In this document: positions 1 through 14,230 of the stretch, in pieces | Layout of the letters: every line of letters starts with the position of its first letter | Numbering within the stretch: the first letter of the stretch is position 1 | Source of the DNA: Sphagnum compactum | Lineage: Eukaryota | Direction of reading: 5' to 3' | Length of the DNA stretch: 64,000 nt | NCBI GenBank assembly: GCA_965153455.1 | Contig: OZ234493.1 | Location: forward strand, 26,774,213-26,838,212 | Made by a program: the position numbers and the translations under genes | The notes under the pieces: generated by a model | The model's input: only the letters and a program-made list of their open reading frames with translations | The model's database searches: none | Told to the model about the DNA's origin: nothing

Positions 1-129
1 TCTTCAATGCAAGGTGTTTTGGCCCCTGCAATCGAACTCTGAAATTTTTGGAGTCCCAGAGGACTCCCAAGTCCCCATTTCGGGAGTGTGAGTCTCACCC
101 TCACACTCTCTCAAAGTAGGGTTGCGACA
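1..129 (-). mobile_element. Terminal part of an abundant ~0.8-kb LTR family (family A), cut by the window edge
   Basis: Ends in GGGTTGCGACA, the reverse complement of the TGTCGCAACCC start at 20541; sequence is colinear with ~62110-62237. Confidence 0.8.
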
Positions 130-3100
130 TGGCACTATGAAAATTTTTAGATTTTTTTTTTGAAGTATTGATCTCCATCGCTTATTATGATTGTTAATGA
201 TGGTCCAAAATTATAACACATGGCACAATACAAATATATATTTTAATAGTTAGGTAGGTCTGTACATAACCATAAGTAGGTAGGTTAATAGGTCTTAAAA
301 CTTACATACCTACTCTACATACGTAGGTAGAAAAATAAGACCTACTTATTTACATAGGTAGGCAAGTAAATAGGAAAATACAAGACTAGGTGAATTAAAA
401 AATAATCATGTAAATTTTATATTTTATTTTATGTTTTGCCTTTAGGGTTAAACTTTTTTGAGCTCGTCCCAAAATTACATGTGTATTTTAATGTGAAAAA
501 AAAGAAAAGACACCTTCTTTATATAATTTGTAACATGGGGTTCAAAAACAAAACATATGGGTTAAACCCTATAGTTGTTTTTTAGTTGCAAATTGAGTTG
601 CAACTATAGAAAGATTTTCCCACACACTTTGTGTTTATTCTTTACTATGTAAATCATAAAATTAAATTGGTAATTATACAAGTTACACTTATTTATTCAA
701 ATTAACAATGAATTATTTAATATAGTTAATAGTTTCAGAATAATTAAATGTATTAAACATGGTTAATATTTAATAGTCAAATTATTGAAACAATAAGTTT
801 TATAAAATATTACATATGAATTTGTATATTTATTAAGTTATAGGTTGTTGCAAATAGTCGTAACATAGTTGAACACTAGTAGTTCAATAATGGCGCATTA
901 ATGGCCCTACCAATTGTATCAATGGGAATCATAGTACAAAATTAGTTACAAATGTATCCCATAATGGGCAATGGAAATGTGGACATGTGGCATGATCACA
1001 TGTATGTACATCATACACTAGTTGCAACATAGTCATTGTGTTAAAAACACATTTACAATAGTTCTAAAATAGTTGCCACATGTAACTACAATTCGACTTT
1101 AAAAAAAATCAAATATGGTTGACTACATATGTATGTAAAATGCGTACAAATCACCATACATAATACCCATTTTCAACTCACTTGCAACTATAATATAATT
1201 ACCTAATTTTTTGGTGTGGCAATATTTATTAATTCCCCATATTTCCAAGGGGATAGTTACATAGTAGTTGTAATACTAAAGGGATAGTTACACAATACTT
1301 GTATACGGATTACTTCTTAGATTCTAATTGTAAGGTAATGTGGTTTTGGTGGACATAATTTCTCATAGTGATCAACAAATTTGGAATGGGATTTCATGTT
1401 TTCAAATTCATTTAATCAATCCACCCATGATAAAACACATATAACACCAATTTGTGCATCCCACTTATGGAAAATATGAATGACATACCACATATTCAAT
1501 GCCATTGTTTGTGTGTCATTGTATATTATTTTTTTGGGTGGTGAATTTTTGAACTTCAACAATGTCATTATCAACAAGGATTTTCAAAATGTTTTTGACT
1601 ATGATGATATCCCACTATAGAAAAAAGTCAATTGTTGAAGGAACTACACTTTTTGATTTCGTATTATGTGAGAGTTAAAGTTATTTGCTCAAACAAATAC
1701 CTATAATATTATACTAATAAAAACATAAATATATTCCAAAAGAACTAAAATGATTTAATACATTTTATGAAAATTGAAGATCTATTGAACCATGTGATCC
1801 CATGAAGTTTGAACCATGTGAAGAATTTGAAAATTTTCATATTCAAAAAAGGGTTTTTTCAAGAGAGACAATAAGTGTGGTAAATTTAAATTTTGACAAA
1901 CAATGACATCACATGGAAGGTGAGAAGCATGGAAGACATTAAACACCCCTTCACAAGCATTGTCTAGTGCAAAAAATGGTTGACAATGCTCAATTACTTG
2001 GTTTTTACTATTGCAAGATTTGGCATGTTTTGACCTTACACATATGTTAAATAAAAAAAAAGATTATTCCTTTCTAGTGTTCAAAGGTATGCTATTGGTT
2101 GGTATTTTTTTCTTTCATGAGAAAGGTGTTGCTTTCAAATTAGGCCTAGTACACCATAACATGCAAAACAAATCAAATAATAATCTTTGTTCAAAACATG
2201 CAAAACGTGAAAATTGCCTAGTGTGGTTTGGTGCAAAACCACACAAGGTGCAAAAGGACAAGCCTAAAAATGCATCAAACAAAGTTCATTAGGGGGAATT
2301 TAGTGTTTTGTGACAAGCATATTAGGGTGGCTTTGTTTTAAAATCCATTACAAATGTTTATTTTGATTATTAATGAAAGCTTGATGTTAGTGTAATTTGA
2401 AATGAGAAACTAGCCTTGTTATACCTATGCATACCATAAATATACCCATGGATCTTTGAATTTGTATTTATTTTAATTTTTTTATAACATTAGTTTTGTA
2501 ACAATCAAAATTATAAGGCCAATTACAAAATTTGATACTAACAATTAAATGCATTTCATTTTTGGAGCAATTATATTATACGTATTATACTTTAGACCCA
2601 AATGTGGCCAAAGGGGTCCCATGTAGTGTGCTATCATCCTCAAATATGTGACCCAACCCATATTCAAATGATTAATTGTGTTTAGGAAATTGTTGAAGTC
2701 ATTGATATTATATTTTTCCATCTAGGGCCCACAACATTTTATAAAAATACCTTCACACACATGATATTAACAATGAAATCATATATGAAGATGTATCAAT
2801 TTTTAACAACCTTTGATGAACTTTGCACAAATTCAAGCAAGGGTGCAATGCAAGTAAGACATAAGAAGGTTTCAATTTACAACGTGCCCTTGCTAGTAGC
2901 ATTGGCCACCTACTCAATCAAACATAAAAATCATTTTTGGCTCTAATATTCAAATAAGATCTCTTCAAATGGGGCAAGTATGATCGGGTGGTATCACAAT
3001 GAACTTCTTTGTAAGGTTGAACTTTTCTTTTTCTTTTTAAAATTGCCTTGCACCATGTGGGTCTTGTCTTCCCCACCAATGTACACCCTTATGAAGATAT

Positions 3101-3501
3101 AAACACTTAGACAACTATACTATATGTATTGGTAACTTTTTAAAAAATTTGTTTTTTGACCCCATTCCTAAATTTTAATCTTTAAGGGTCAAGTTGCACA
3201 TACACAAAGGTTTTTTTCATGTTTATCCACTACAAACCAAAGGGTATGGCCCCAACTGATCATTATAAAATAAAATAAAATGTGACAATAATACAATTGT
3301 ATTCCTCACATTTGTAGCCCTCAAGAATCTTGTTCGAAACATTTCAAAATTGGTAATTAGATTGTGACTACCCCAATCAAATACCTACTGAAGAATTAAA
3401 ATAGATAAACATTTGAAATATTATTAATTCAATTAAAATCCAAGAAAAAAATCCAAAAATTACATTCCTTTTGTGTTCACAAGCAAAAGAACTTTTTGTG
3501 T

Positions 3502-4390
3502 TGTTGCAACCTTAACATGGGTGCATGACCAACTTTTAGGAAGGACAAAAAAATGTCCTCCTCATGGTGAAGGAAATTGCATGCTTTTAATTAAGTGGAC
3601 ATGAGCTATGACCAAAAGCTAAATGCTCATGACAATGGAAGCATGCTAAAAACAAACTAAAGCAAGAAAAAACACCTAAACATATTGTGTGAGTCCAAGG
3701 GTCTTTTGGGACTCTTGATATAAAGTCCCACTTTTGGAGTCAAGAGTCTTAAAGCATTTTGAATTTTTGGGACAAAAATGAAGGTGGTAAAACATGTTCA
3801 AAATTTGTATCATTGAAAATCTCTTTAAGTGTAGATATCAAAAGTGAGATATCAAAAGAATTGCATTCTTCATTTGGAACTATGAGTTAGGAGTTATGGC
3901 AAAAAGTAAGGTCGAAAAAAGTGAAAAATCGGGTTCAAATGACCTGTAATTGAAATGTGCAATGCAACATTGGAAAGGTCTTAATGAGAGCTACAATATA
4001 ATGAGTGTAGGATGCTAATTTTTTAAAAAAATAATTATGAAGCTTCAAAGTTTTGAGATGTTACTTGTCCTAATTTTGGGAGTCCATTTTGGGACTTTTG
4101 AGAATTTTGGCCATTTCAATGTAGCCTTTCCGATTAATTATAGAGTATATTATAAAGGAGGAAGTGGTAGTTCCTCCCAAGTTTGAGCCATGTGATTCTA
4201 TGTGAGTTTGTAACCAAACTTGGTTCCAAATGCACAAACTACCCTTTTTTTTTTGTTAGTGCATTTTCACATGTCCATGAATTGAATTGAAAGCTTGTAC
4301 TAATCCTACCCCAAAGCTTTCACATGGCCCTTTAACCTCCAAGTGCAAAAAGCTAAAAAGCATGCCCAAGGTTTTCAAGTCTCATGTAGC
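3502..4390 (+). mobile_element. Highly degenerate copy of LTR family A
   Basis: TGTTGCAACC start plus recognisable blocks (gagttatggcaaaaagtaaggtcg, ggaagtggtagttcctcccaagtttgagccatg) in the same order as in 20541-21361; boundaries approximate. Confidence 0.5.
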
Positions 4391-7300
4391 ACATTATATT
4401 GGAAAGTTTACCATGATACCTTGTGGCAAGCCTTTAAGGGACATCACATATGACATTTTTAGAATGCTTTCCTTATGCATTCATTGTCCACATTAAAATT
4501 CAAATATTTTATATTTAATTAAAACTTAAAACACTAAAATACTTGAGGAACATATTCATAAAAAAAATTGAATGAAAAGTTTTTTTTAAGTGTGTCTTTT
4601 ATTGTCTTAAATTTTGATGAGTCCACCAAATTGAAGATCTAACATTCTTGTTATACCACCTAGTCATACTTGCCCCTTAGAAGGCATGTGAACATCAAAA
4701 CTCATCTAGTTTTAACATTGTGTATAAACTTGTCAATTAGATGCTAAAAGAATCTCATAATTTAAATATATCCAAGTTTGATGTTTTGAATTAAATGGGA
4801 ATAATAAGAAATTACATATTGAAGCATGGACTTAATCTTAGAAACCAATGATAGTTTGAACAAGGTTTGGAATTAAAGATTCACATGGGCATCATAATTG
4901 ATCAAAGAACTTAGAAAGTAAAATAAATTATACAAATTATGAATATGCATTTGATTCATAATTGTGTATTTGTTAAGTGTACACCAATAATTTTATAAAA
5001 GTTGCTTTAAAGTCCTTGTTTGACAATGGTATACCATTTTTCATTGATTTAAAAACTCCACTTTAATTTTGTAGAATGATAAAACAACATTTGACCCAAC
5101 TATGTGGATCTTCAATGGAAGAGCATTTTATAACCTAAAAATATCATAATTCAACATATCGTAACATAATGTACTTAAAAATATGTTACTATCATTTGAC
5201 ATGAACTTTGTGACTTCAAGACAAATAAAAACATATAATGGAAAAAAAAAAATGTTTTTTAGGATTGTTTTTTTATAAAAACAAATCTTTATGGAAAAAA
5301 ATCCATTAAAATTAGTATTTTATAATCTTGTTTTACAATTGCAATGTTGCGACAAAATTATCGCAAACCAAAAATGTTCTTCAACTGAGTTCCCCCATGT
5401 TGTTCCTTTGTAGTTACATTTATTGTAAGTGTAAGTGATGGCATCGTGGTCATCTTGCAATTCCTAACATTGCTACAAGCTTCATTAGAGACATGTTTCA
5501 AGTGTTCTTCACCCCTTTGCCCTATTGCATTGTCTTGTTTTATTGTTAATAAAACCAGAATCATCAATGATAGTAGAAACATAATATCCTCATTTTTTTT
5601 GCAAACCATAATTTTCCATGGCAGTGGGAAGTGCAATACCCACATTTGGTATAACTTTTAATTGTTTGTTGAAAATAGATCACAATACCCTTTGCATATG
5701 CATATTCCATTTTCACTTTGTGTGCTATCTATTCAAATAATGTGCAATAGTTTGATTCTAGTTTACAAGCGATGTATTTTATAACAATGAACATGAAAGC
5801 AAAATTTCATGAGTCATGTCTTGGTTTTATATGTAGGCCTATGGCATTTGAGCTAGGGTATTCAAATTTGGAGGGTCTAAGCCCATTGCTAAATGAAGAG
5901 GACAACCTCTATTCCTCAAATGAAAAAACTCTTTCCTATCCTCTTGTCTCCAAATAGTCTAACCTTTAAAGGCATCCAAGCCTTCTCATCCACAAGTGTT
6001 GGTATAGACAATGAGACCTTTCGCACTTAAGAATCTCAATTGGTAGAAGCTTTATCGACTTTGCGAAGCCAAGACTGAATAAACCATGTAAAACATATGT
6101 GTTTTACACAAAATGAAATGGCCATACAAAATTTTACACTTCCACTTACATATCCAAAGTGTAAACTCAAACTTTAGAAGACACTGTCTTCTAACCTTTG
6201 TCATGTTCCAGAATCATGGTAGATTCACCAAACAATAAACAAAAAACAATGTGGGCATCTTGTTGAACACTCTCCAAGCTCAGTGCATGTGGCCTGCAAA
6301 TGGCATACAGATGGACGAGGCTGGAGCACACAAAGAGTTTTATAATAACTTGAAGAACTAATGATTTTATCACACCCAATTCTAAGCCCAAATACTCCAG
6401 ACATTCCAGAGAATATGCTATAAACTGGCATATCACCCACCCACCTTGTTGAATGTGCATCCAGAAGCTCAACCTTATTTCTCTTGTCGTTTTTCATGCT
6501 CATCTTCATCTTTTCATTGCTATTTGTAACAGTTAGCTATATTTCTGACAAGGTATTAACAGAGGCAACCAGTGTTGAAAAGCCCAAACCTTAGAAACAT
6601 CATCTAGCCTACTTCATGGAACCCACAAGTTCCAGATCATCTAGAATCAATGCAATCCCAGACTCCATGAGACATATTTCTTCATTTTGTTTTTTTCTGC
6701 CTCCGCTCAGTGATGATATGATAGAGTCTATAGATACATGATCTGAGGCCCCCAGGTCTACCTTCTTGCACAATCTTCGTGTTGATTTCTCCTGTGCCCT
6801 CTATCTCAAAATTATTTATTAGGCTCATGCACAATTGATGCAAAAGCAAACATGTGGCTGGCTGGCTCATTGAGTAATGTCTCTAGTCTCTCACTTATGG
6901 CAAGTTCAAACCAGCAATAGTTAAAATAGGAAATGTTCCATGAAAGTTTGCCAAAAATTAACTCACAATTCACATTCCTCACAATTTGAACCCTAATACT
7001 TGAATACTTTCCCTAACTACTTGGGTATTAGGGACCAAATGAACTTGCCCTCAACTTTTGAACCCTAATCTCCAAATCTTCAATCAGTATTTAGAGGGCC
7101 ATTATGCCATGAACAGCTTGTTCCACCATCCTGGGAAGGATTTTCAAGAACAAACTCAAGTACTTTACCCTAGGGTCAGTTTCACAAATTTTCATGAAAA
7201 TATGAAGCTAAGGCATCAAAAACCATCAAAATTATTGCAACCTACGATCTGAATAATTTCACTCCTCGTATGAGGATGAGGATATCATAGTAGATCATGA

Positions 7301-8872
7301 AATACATATATATATATATACGAATTACTTTCTGAAAAGAATAATTATTCATTTTGACCATGTGGCAACTGACCCTAGGCTATGGTAGTCTTAAGTTTCC
7401 AAAGAGGACATCAAAAGTGCAAATAAACCTCAAACAGCAGACCCTTCAAGCTTTTACAATACCTTCCAAGTTCCTCCAGGCTACGGAGGGCAGCAACAGC
7501 AGCATGTGCAAACTGAATAGCCAGTTTGTACAGTTGTGGCCAAGCGATTATGAAGCTGTCCCTAAAGGTGTTGGTTGTTGAGGGCAGTTATGGAGCCATC
7601 TGTCTACTTTGGAGATTAGGGCAAAAGTTTTATGGATTGTACTGTCGGTATAATCTGTTATTACAAACTGTTTTTTCTTGTCCAGCCCACATGTCCATAA
7701 CATTTGTTCCATATTTGGAAAATCCCTTTATAATCCTTTTCCAAAAAAAGGCTTTTAACATTTGTAGTATTGTCTAATCCCCATGCTAGCTTTCATCAAT
7801 TAATTTACAACGTGTTGAATCAACACTGCTGATAAGATGTTTAGCTGAGACGAAGGTATGTATACTTGGCTGATGCCCTCAAGTGGTGATCTCTATTTTC
7901 TCCTCTGAAAGAAGACATGCTTTACAGACTTCATTTGCTACTGCAGCACAGGAAAATTCTTTAGAGATTGATGGAACCCAACGACCACATATACCTGCTG
8001 TTTCTGAGCTGTAAGGCTTCACAGGTGGACCATTATTTCCAAACCCTAAATTCCAAGATGATGAACCATGATGGATCACAGTAATCAGGACAAACCTTAA
8101 GTGACAAAATAGCAGTCACCCATATGCAAAAAGCAATGCACCAGTAAACTTAAATATAATCCCAAAACTAAGACAAACTGCAAACTTCAAATAACTTAGT
8201 AAGCAAGTTAACTCTTGAAGAAACCTTGCAAAGTGATCTTCAGGAAAACAGCTGCAGAGTGACAATGAATTCTCAAACTTGGAAGTCCACGAGCAGACTT
8301 GAAAAGGATGTCCTCTGGTTAATCATCAACCTTCAGCAAATCAAACTGTGTACAGGGAAAAGAAACAACTGTCTTCAAATGATGAATGAGCTACAAAAGA
8401 TCAATCTTAAAAGAAGTGCTTGACATGTTGGACAGATACAGCAAACAATCTGTCTTATAAACCTATAATAATGCTGAAGACAGGAGGAACATTTAAAAGG
8501 CAAGCATGTTATTAGCATCATTTGATGACGATAACTGATACCCACCACTTTTAGGGCAAGCAAACATAAATCTATGAGAAATTGCAGAGGGAAAAAACTC
8601 CACAACACCTTTTGTAAGTAACACAGACAATGAATGAGGGTCATATAAACCTTATGAGTGTGTCAAGCTCGCCTTGTGTTGCTTTTTTAAGGCAAGCAAA
8701 ACAAGTTCAATCCAAACCCTAAAACCTACAGAAAAGGGACCTTGAAACAAAAAATCATCATCGATGGAGGAGAGAGAAAGTAAGTATGCTAACGAGGAAT
8801 TCAGGGATCCTTTTTTGAAGTTGGAAAGATAGAAAGACAATATGGGATGATTTTTCTGTTGAAGCTTGTCAG

Positions 8873-10387
8873 TCAGTTGACATGAGCCTTGTTCAATTCC
8901 ACTCCAAATTTGTCCATAGCTGAGGAAGTGGGAAGTCCCAGGATCACAGTGGCACTTTTCCTGTCTTTCCCAGACGAGATGAAGAGAACCACTCCCTGAT
9001 CAGGTAAGCTGGCTGGGCTCATGGCTACAGCTGGTCCCCACCCAAAATCAGCTTCGTGGAATGGGAGTCTTAACCAGCTGGTAATAACAAAAGAAGCCAC
9101 AAGAGCTGGCCTTGCACGAGTTGCTTCAAAGTGGTCAATTGCAGATCTCACATACTTGTCAGTGACAAAGGCAATGGCATCCTGTACCAGTTTCACTGCG
9201 AATGACAAGGGCTTCTCACAGAGCTCCCCAACTGTGGTGGTGGCAAAAGTGAGCACAATACCATTGCCCATGAAGTGCTCAGGAAGAGGAGGAGACAACT
9301 TCTTGCGTACATCCACACTGAAGAAAACCCTTGTTTTCTGTGCAGGGGTTAGGTTTAGAGAGTTCATGCGCACTCGCCATGTGAATGCAGTGAGAGCCTC
9401 AAAAGTAGTAACCTTGCTCACCCCCTCGCCCTCATCCAAGATGCTCTTCTTCAAAGCATCCATGTCTCTGGGGTTCACCTCGAAGGAACCATGTACTGGG
9501 TTGATGCTGAAGAAAGAGTCATTCGTCGTGGACAGATCCTCCAGATCGTAAAACTCCTCATGAGAGAATTCTGGCTGGAGTGGCGATCGAGGCTTCAACA
9601 TAGATCGATCAATGCTGAACGAGTGCGTCATCTCCAGCCCCCGTGCAAGTTTCCCCCATGAGCAAATGAATTCATGTGCGGCTAGCCCGTCCAGTGTACA
9701 GTGGTTATTGTTCAAACCCAATGCAAACCCACCGCACTTGAACTTGGTCACCTGCATGGAACCCAACAAGAACTCATGACATCCTCGTCAAGAAACGAAC
9801 GTTGCTGCATCTGTCCTGCAGCAGACAAACAGAAAGACACAAATTTGGGACATTCTTCACCCTCCTCTCTTCACTCTCCTCACGAAGTCGTCAGCTGCTG
9901 CATGGAGGGGTGGGTACCGTACCTGAACAAACGTAGGCGGACTCCCCAGAATGTTTTCAGAAGGAGGAGGTTCATACACTAGCTGCTTCATGAACGGAGC
10001 CGGTCTAGAAACATCTCCAAATTCCGCGATGCAATGCTTCTCCGCAACGGCCTCAACGAACACAAGTCCTTGATCTTCAAACTCTATCTGTAGTCTATAA
10101 TCTGGGCTCAACCCAATCCGACCTGCCAAGAAGAACATATGTACCAGCAGCTTCCGCAATGCCTCCTTTAGCACGGCGGCAGGGTCTTGGTCCTTCTTAT
10201 CTTCTTGCCCATTGAAGAACCATACCGTCTTCATGGGTACTGCTATGTTCTGATCCAGATTTGATAAGTAGTATACCTGATGCTCCACTGGCTCAGCCGG
10301 ATGCACTAGCTCCGGCTCTTGTACCCTGATCTCCAGCTTCTCGATGGGTAAGTTGTTACCATTGGATGTCATATCTCCCCCTGCCAT
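8873..10387 (-). CDS. HHT1: BAHD acyltransferase, omega-hydroxypalmitate O-feruloyl transferase (HHT1/ASFT)-like, ~447 aa; exons 10387-9923 and 9751-8873, phase-0 GT-AG intron 9922-9752
   Basis: YYLSNLDQNIAV N-terminal motif, the typical BAHD intron at Q|VTKFKCGG, catalytic HxxxDG (NHCTLDG), RSAIDHFEATRARP and DFGWG; donor CAG|GTACGG, acceptor CATGCAG|GTG; no internal stops. The start could be 10387 or 10372, and orthology is untested. Confidence 0.92.
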
Positions 10388-10678
10388 TCCTGCTGATAGA
10401 TACCACCACCACCAGACCCGATCGCACACTGCTCAGGATGATGATGATGAGGAGGAGGAGGAACTATTGTTGCGGTGCCGACAGAGGAACCACACATGAC
10501 CAAGGTTCCCAGTAACAAGAAAGCAAAGCAACAGCAAACGAGAATCGAGCCACACACAAACTTGGATGCAAAATGCAAAACACTAAGCCAAAAATCACGA
10601 AACAAAACAACCTGTGTAGTAGATACTCGAAATAGGACAGCTAAGAAACCAGAAGCTCAGCACAGTAGTAGTGCAATG

Positions 10679-10715
10679 AGAGAGAGAGGGAGAGCGAGAG
10701 AGAGAGAGAGAGAGA
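10679..10715. repeat. (GA)n/(TC)n microsatellite in the BAHD 5' leader or promoter
   Basis: agagagagggagagcgagagagagagagagagag about 300 bp upstream of the ATG. Confidence 0.8.
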
Positions 10716-11799
10716 GTCGTGTGGAGAGTGTAGGCAGGTGCTGTTGCAGAAGAGAGGGGATTGGTGGCAACGATGAAGAGTACGAACCGGGTGGGGCGGG
10801 GGGCAGCGGGAGATTTAATGCGAAAAAGTGTTGTAGTAATTAGGCCAGCAGCAGCTGTCATGAATGATACTTACCTACGCCGCCCTGCCCTGCTGTTTTT
10901 GTTACCGCTACTACTACGCACTCCGCAGCCAGCTTCCCCCCGCCTCCCCTCACTCGTCCCCCTGCCTCTTGCGTGACCTATGTTCCCCCCCTCGCTCTCT
11001 CTCTCTCTCCTCTGCCCTGCCTGCACGCCAACGATGCCATGCCATGCGCACCCCCATTATCGACCATCCATCATAAACGCCGCCCGCCCGACTCAACTCA
11101 ACTACTGCATGATAGTTTTTGGGGAGGGGGGGTGTAAATCTAGCCAGTTGGCAAAAAATTTCCCAAAATGATTGTATGTGTGTGTGTTTTTGCTGCTTCT
11201 TTAGTTGTCATTTTTTTGGAAGAAAAATTGTCAAGTATTTTTTATTGGGTTTTAGCATGTTGCCAAAAATGTGAAGGATGCTTTAACTTTTTCCCTTTCA
11301 TATAAGCAAATTTGGCTATATATATTTTTGGATGATTGTGGTAGGCACAGATTTTATCTAAAATTGCTCTTTACTTACTAACAAAATAATACAATCATAT
11401 TTTCAAAAGTATTTAAAAGGTTCACAATATGTGGTTTTTTGTTTTCGATTTTTCTATAGATTGTTCTTACATAATTTTCTCATGTTCTTTCAAAAGTATA
11501 TATTTATATTTTTTTTCCCTCCAAATTCTCTATTATCATTAATAATAAAAATTTGTGGTTAGGTCTCACAATTTAATTAGAAAAATGCAATATTTCCTCA
11601 TCAATATCCTTTTTTTTACTCATAATTAAATATATATAATTTTGTAATATTAAGTGCAAAAATCCAAAATGGAAAACATGAAATATTTGTGGTTTGAAAC
11701 CCAACAAAACTCTAGACTATTCACTATCTCTATTTTAATTTGTAGCAACTATTTCAGTTTCTTTTAGTGTAAAAAAAAAAAATCTCCTAAAATTTCTCA

Positions 11800-14230
11800 A
11801 CCTTTAAAACTACATCTTGAGTCCTTTCCTTCTTAAAGTAATTTGAATTTTCAACTAATGAAATCTTTTCATCCAACCAATTCACTAGCCATCATCATTA
11901 TATTTTGTTTAATCACTACCATACACATGATTATATTCTACCTTGTTTAGTCATTGCCATACATTAGGTAACATTACTTTTCTTCAACTCTGGATTCCAG
12001 CCTTTAAATCTTTCCTATGGTAAAAAAATGATCTGTTGTTTAATTGATTGTGTCAGCCATCTATGGTTTGCCTTCCTCATCCTAAATTGTTAATAGTATC
12101 ATCTGCACCTCAATTAGTGTTCATGTGGCATCTTCAATTGCTACATTTACTTGAAACATTGAATCTACAAGCAATATATTTATTGTACCTTGTATTATTT
12201 GCTCCACGACCTATTTTGTGTTTCCAATTAATTCCATTTGGTCACCAATATCATTAGTTGTGTTTTGTGTTCCTAGTACAAGAATTGTCTGTGCATGTTC
12301 CTCCTTCTCTTCATTCTAAGAATCTTGTCCTCCTCCTCGAAGGTCCTGTGGTATCTCCACTTGCCACTCTTATGTTACTCCATTACCTTTAGATTTGTCT
12401 ACTTCATTCACTAGATTAAACGACTCTAAGCTATCAAAACTCTTATATAAAAAGTTTGGAAATGCCTTTTTAAAAGCAGATAAATGTCATTTGTACATGT
12501 CTTCATCCTTCTTATGTGTAGTCAAATTTTTAATCATTGCTTCCTTAAATTGAACCTCTACCAACTCCCACCATTCATTTAGTTCAACATTTGAGTCTTC
12601 CATCTAATGTTTAGAACATAATATAATGTAATATTGCACCAAATCATCATATTCCTCCAACTTGTCGTTCACATATAGAAGATCCATATCCTTGTATTTT
12701 TCCAACAGATCATCGAATTTTCTCTTGGTCTTCAACATTTCCTTATGTATTGCTTGTACCTCCAAGATTGCCTTCTCCTTCTTTTTTCCTCACCTTCCAT
12801 CCACAAAATTCTTCTACCACAATCATAAATTTCATGTGCAAAATTTGTATAAACATTTTTTCAATTACATTAGCCTTGGTTTCTTACTCCTGCAGCTAAA
12901 ATCCTTTTTCCTTATATAAGCCTCCCTTCTTATGTTTATACTCTATGATTATTTTTTGATATGAATGTTTCGTCTCATACCAACCCTCCTTATTTCAATT
13001 CCTTGCATTCCTTCTATAGAGTTATCCACTCAACCATCCTCTTTTTTAGCTCCTTATTTTCTATGGTCAATGTTAGTATTTTGGTATTTACTCATTCCTC
13101 CATTTCCATTTTTTGCTTCTTCCAACCCCCCATCCTCTTTCTATAGTTAAATGTTATGCTCCACGACCTTAGTTACCATATCCTTTGCAAATTTAGGTGT
13201 CAAGTTTTATGGGGTCTCCTCCTTTGAAACTTATTCAAATGACATCCATGTCCTTCATATGTAAGAGTTATCCCTTTTACTGACCTTAGTCTACTCTATG
13301 GTACTAATATTATAGCTGGTCTAAACTTAGTAAATGATGGTTTGTTAAGACCATTTGTGGTACTCAGGATTGTTGTGGTTGTTTTAGCTAGACATCCATT
13401 AAAACATCCACATGCACCTCCATATGTGCATGATAATCATACAACTTGTCAACTACATCATGTTCTGACTATTGTGTTTGTTTGTACAGTGTTGTTATTA
13501 ATTGAGGTGATTGATTTCACTCTAGCTTCATCTGTTGCATCCACTTTTTCCTCTACTGTTCTTGCATTAAATCCTTCTCCTTTTGTGGTTTGGAAGGAAT
13601 GTGACATGTGACTACTCTTAAAACTGTAATTATAAGATGTCTAGCATTTCTTCTCATGAATTTAGATGGGGTTGACATCCTTCTTTAACTTCCATCTCTG
13701 CTTTGATCTTCCCCCAATTCCACTTCTATTCTTATTTTTGCCCAAGGTCCTTGGAAATCCTCTTGATGTTCCTATTTTATTATCCAAAACTTGTTGCATT
13801 TCCACTTTTGGTTTTTTTTGTCTTCTTCTGAGTTTTTTTGTTTTCATTTTTGCAACTTCATAATATTTTTGAAACATATATTTGAACAACCTCTCCAACA
13901 CTAATGCCAAATAACATGTTTCTTTTTTATCCTCCTGTTTATCATCTACTTCCATCTTGGATTACATCTAAGTCCAAATATCCAACTCATTGCACATATT
14001 ATTGAACATGATATGTGCCCAATCCACCTCAAGACCTTCCTCCACCTTCATGAATGTCAATGCATTTCTATTGTTCATAACCTTTTCTCTCTGGTATACC
14101 ATAGATATTACAATTGGGTATCTAATGTTAATCGGCATTTTACATTGAATTTTAATGTTATAGGGTGTAAGCAAGGTAAAGTAGATAACTCGATGCTCCT
14201 TGTTAAAAAAAATACATGTAGCCATGAATT
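11800..14230 (-). mobile_element. Decayed retrotransposon accessory-ORF region (plant-transposon-protein-like segment plus coiled-coil segment)
   Basis: Fragment YQREKV..NNRNALTFMKVEEGLEVDWAHIMFNNMCNELDIW resembles 60252-60581; E/K-rich broken frames follow; boundaries approximate. Confidence 0.45.

Noticed and set aside
1300-5950. Decayed DNA-transposase fragments (also 47460-49170)
   Set aside because: Looks like old coding debris, but I could not identify a catalytic motif, termini or TSD.
6000-8850. Possible additional gene downstream of BAHD
   Set aside because: Non-repetitive, but only short ORFs with no motif or consistent exon chain; could be 3' UTR or non-coding transcript.
9021-9551. 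176-aa plus-strand ORF
   Set aside because: Antisense shadow of BAHD exon 2 with no recognisable motif.
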